The translations under genes and the position numbers were made by a program. Positions 63,045-64,000 of a stretch of DNA of 64,000 nucleotides are shown here, piece by piece; position 1 is the stretch's first letter, and each line of letters opens with the position of its first letter. The notes under the pieces are model-generated. The model did no database searches and had not been told where the DNA came from. It worked only from the letters and a program-made list of their open reading frames with translations. This DNA comes from Chiloscyllium plagiosum (Eukaryota): NCBI RefSeq assembly GCF_004010195.1, contig NC_057754.1, positions 4,651,280 through 4,715,279 of the forward strand. The letters run 5' to 3'.

Positions 63045-63048
63045 CCAT
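63045..63048 (-). CDS. Candidate exon 1 coding part (ATG + G), phase-1 donor
   Basis: ATGG followed by GTGAGT; 67-nt intron (63044-62978) ending in cccttctgtttcag; lies in the most conspicuous CpG-rich non-repeat patch of the window. Confidence 0.5.
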
Positions 63049-64000
63049 CCGTGAAAATATCCTCGAAATAACAAAAAGGAGGGGAAACCAGTTGTCGACG
63101 ACGATCCTTTCGACAATTTTGTCGCTGAAACAAAGCCGAACCCCTTCAATTTTTTTTTAAATGTATAGTTTAGGTGAGTTTGTTGATGATTGAGACGTTT
63201 GATAGGATAAATGCTAAGTTGCCAGTAGCCTGGGGTTGAAAGCTTGGTTCAATTAAATGAAAGTTACATCTTATCCCCACCTCCAAAGTAATTTGTTTTC
63301 CAAAATAAAAACCTTAATTCACTCCTGGCAGGGGACAATTGCGCCCCCCCCCCCCCCATTATCTTATTCAAACGTTTAAGTGTTATTTTAAATCTCTTGC
63401 CCTCCCCCACAGAATGCAATGAAATTATATGTTAAACCTTTTTTCCCCTCCATTCACAGTCATGATGTCCAAAAATCAAGTTATCCCTTCTCTCCAGCGT
63501 GAAAGATCTAAGTGTTGCCCTTAACTTTGGTTTGGATAAAAGCTCTGAGCGGGCAGATTTCTGTCCTGGGCAACATCTTGTGGGATTGCCTGGCTGACCT
63601 GTCTGCCAACCTGGTTTCACACCCGGGTCTTATGAAAATGCTTTGGGTGCAGAGCTTGGCAAGAGCAAATGCTGATGGGGGCTTGTTGGCATTTTCTTCA
63701 CCAGACATAGGTGGGCCGGGTTGGTCTGGCAACAGAAACAAATGATTGGTCCTACCCTCTTTTTGAACCTTTGCAGCAAACTCCTGCACAGATCCCTTTG
63801 TGGACCTGTTTGTCAAATGCTTGGTACACCTTGGGGCAGTGCACCAAATGTTCAACAACTTGATGAGGCATCAAATTATACTGAGGTTTTTACAGAATTT
63901 CATTTTCAAAGCATTGACTTCATATGTAAGTTTGCGTAATGGTTCAAATTTGAACTATCCATAAGTCACAATACAATTTATTTCCATATAAAATACAGAT

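Larger units (their letters stand above)
736..63048 (-). pseudogene. IFNU: Five-exon secreted-cytokine-like gene, best guess type IV interferon (IFN-upsilon) homologue, apparently disrupted
   Basis: Exons read by eye with GT-AG sites: ATGG|GTGAGT (63048-63045); ctgtttcag|...CTG|GTGAGT (62977-62775); taatgacag|...GAG|GTACGG (44094-44026); cctttcag|...GAA|GTGAGT (9312-9107); ttatgctag|TGT... (from 854) with AATAAA at 741-736. Intron phases are 1-0-0-0 if one T is restored in exon 4. In-frame TAA at 62930-62928. Family assignment is from remembered IFN-upsilon motifs and was not searched. Confidence 0.5.
62760..63270 (-). promoter_or_regulatory. Small CpG-rich 5' region / putative promoter of the minus-strand gene
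   Basis: Locally dense CpG (62860-63140) against a CpG-depleted background, coinciding with exons 1-2; AT-rich TATA-like stretch near 63150-63170. Confidence 0.45.

Noticed and set aside
62775..63048. Thrombopoietin-like (SKLWRE vs SKLLRD) or IL-34-like (EWNMLQ in exon 4) identity for the gene
   Set aside because: Only short word matches; hallmark cysteines/motifs (e.g. IL-34 PKALLDNC) and exon sizes do not fit.
62860..63160. Plus-strand structured Pol III RNA (hairpins TTGTCGA/TCGACAA, terminal T run)
   Set aside because: No match to RNase P/MRP, 7SK, 7SL or telomerase RNA features that I know; the region is better explained by minus-strand exons 1-2 with canonical splice sites.
63255..63264. 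IRF-element-like AAATGAAAGT upstream of exon 1
   Set aside because: Single imperfect site in AT-rich DNA; too weak to use as evidence for an interferon promoter.
63432..63939. Overlapping short ORFs at the window end
   Set aside because: No recognisable domain or convincing splice-site pair.

Overview
Eukaryotic, repeat-dense (well over half mobile DNA) genomic sequence. The HE1 SINE and HER1 (CR1-clade) LINE repertoire indicates a shark; carpet/bamboo shark is only a guess. There is one assembly gap (24608-24790). The only gene-like structure I can support is a five-exon minus-strand gene spanning almost the whole window: 63048-63045, 62977-62775, 44094-44026, 9312-9107 and 854-~736, with canonical splice sites and a terminal AATAAA. 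Its layout (ATG-only first exon, hydrophobic signal-like segment, short third exon) and the translation of exon 4 resemble type IV interferon (IFN-upsilon) as I remember that family. The copy here carries an in-frame stop and at least one frameshift, so it looks like a pseudogene or an assembly error. This identity comes from memory, not from a search. The introns contain many HER1/CR1 fragments, HE1 and older SINEs, an RTE fragment, solo LTRs, a Tigger/MER44-like MITE and a possible degraded env+LTR relic. They also contain at least five Penelope-like families whose ends carry minimal hammerhead ribozyme motifs and which integrate as inverted (fold-back) units with 12-14 bp target-site duplications. 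Repeat boundaries are approximate unless a TSD is cited.
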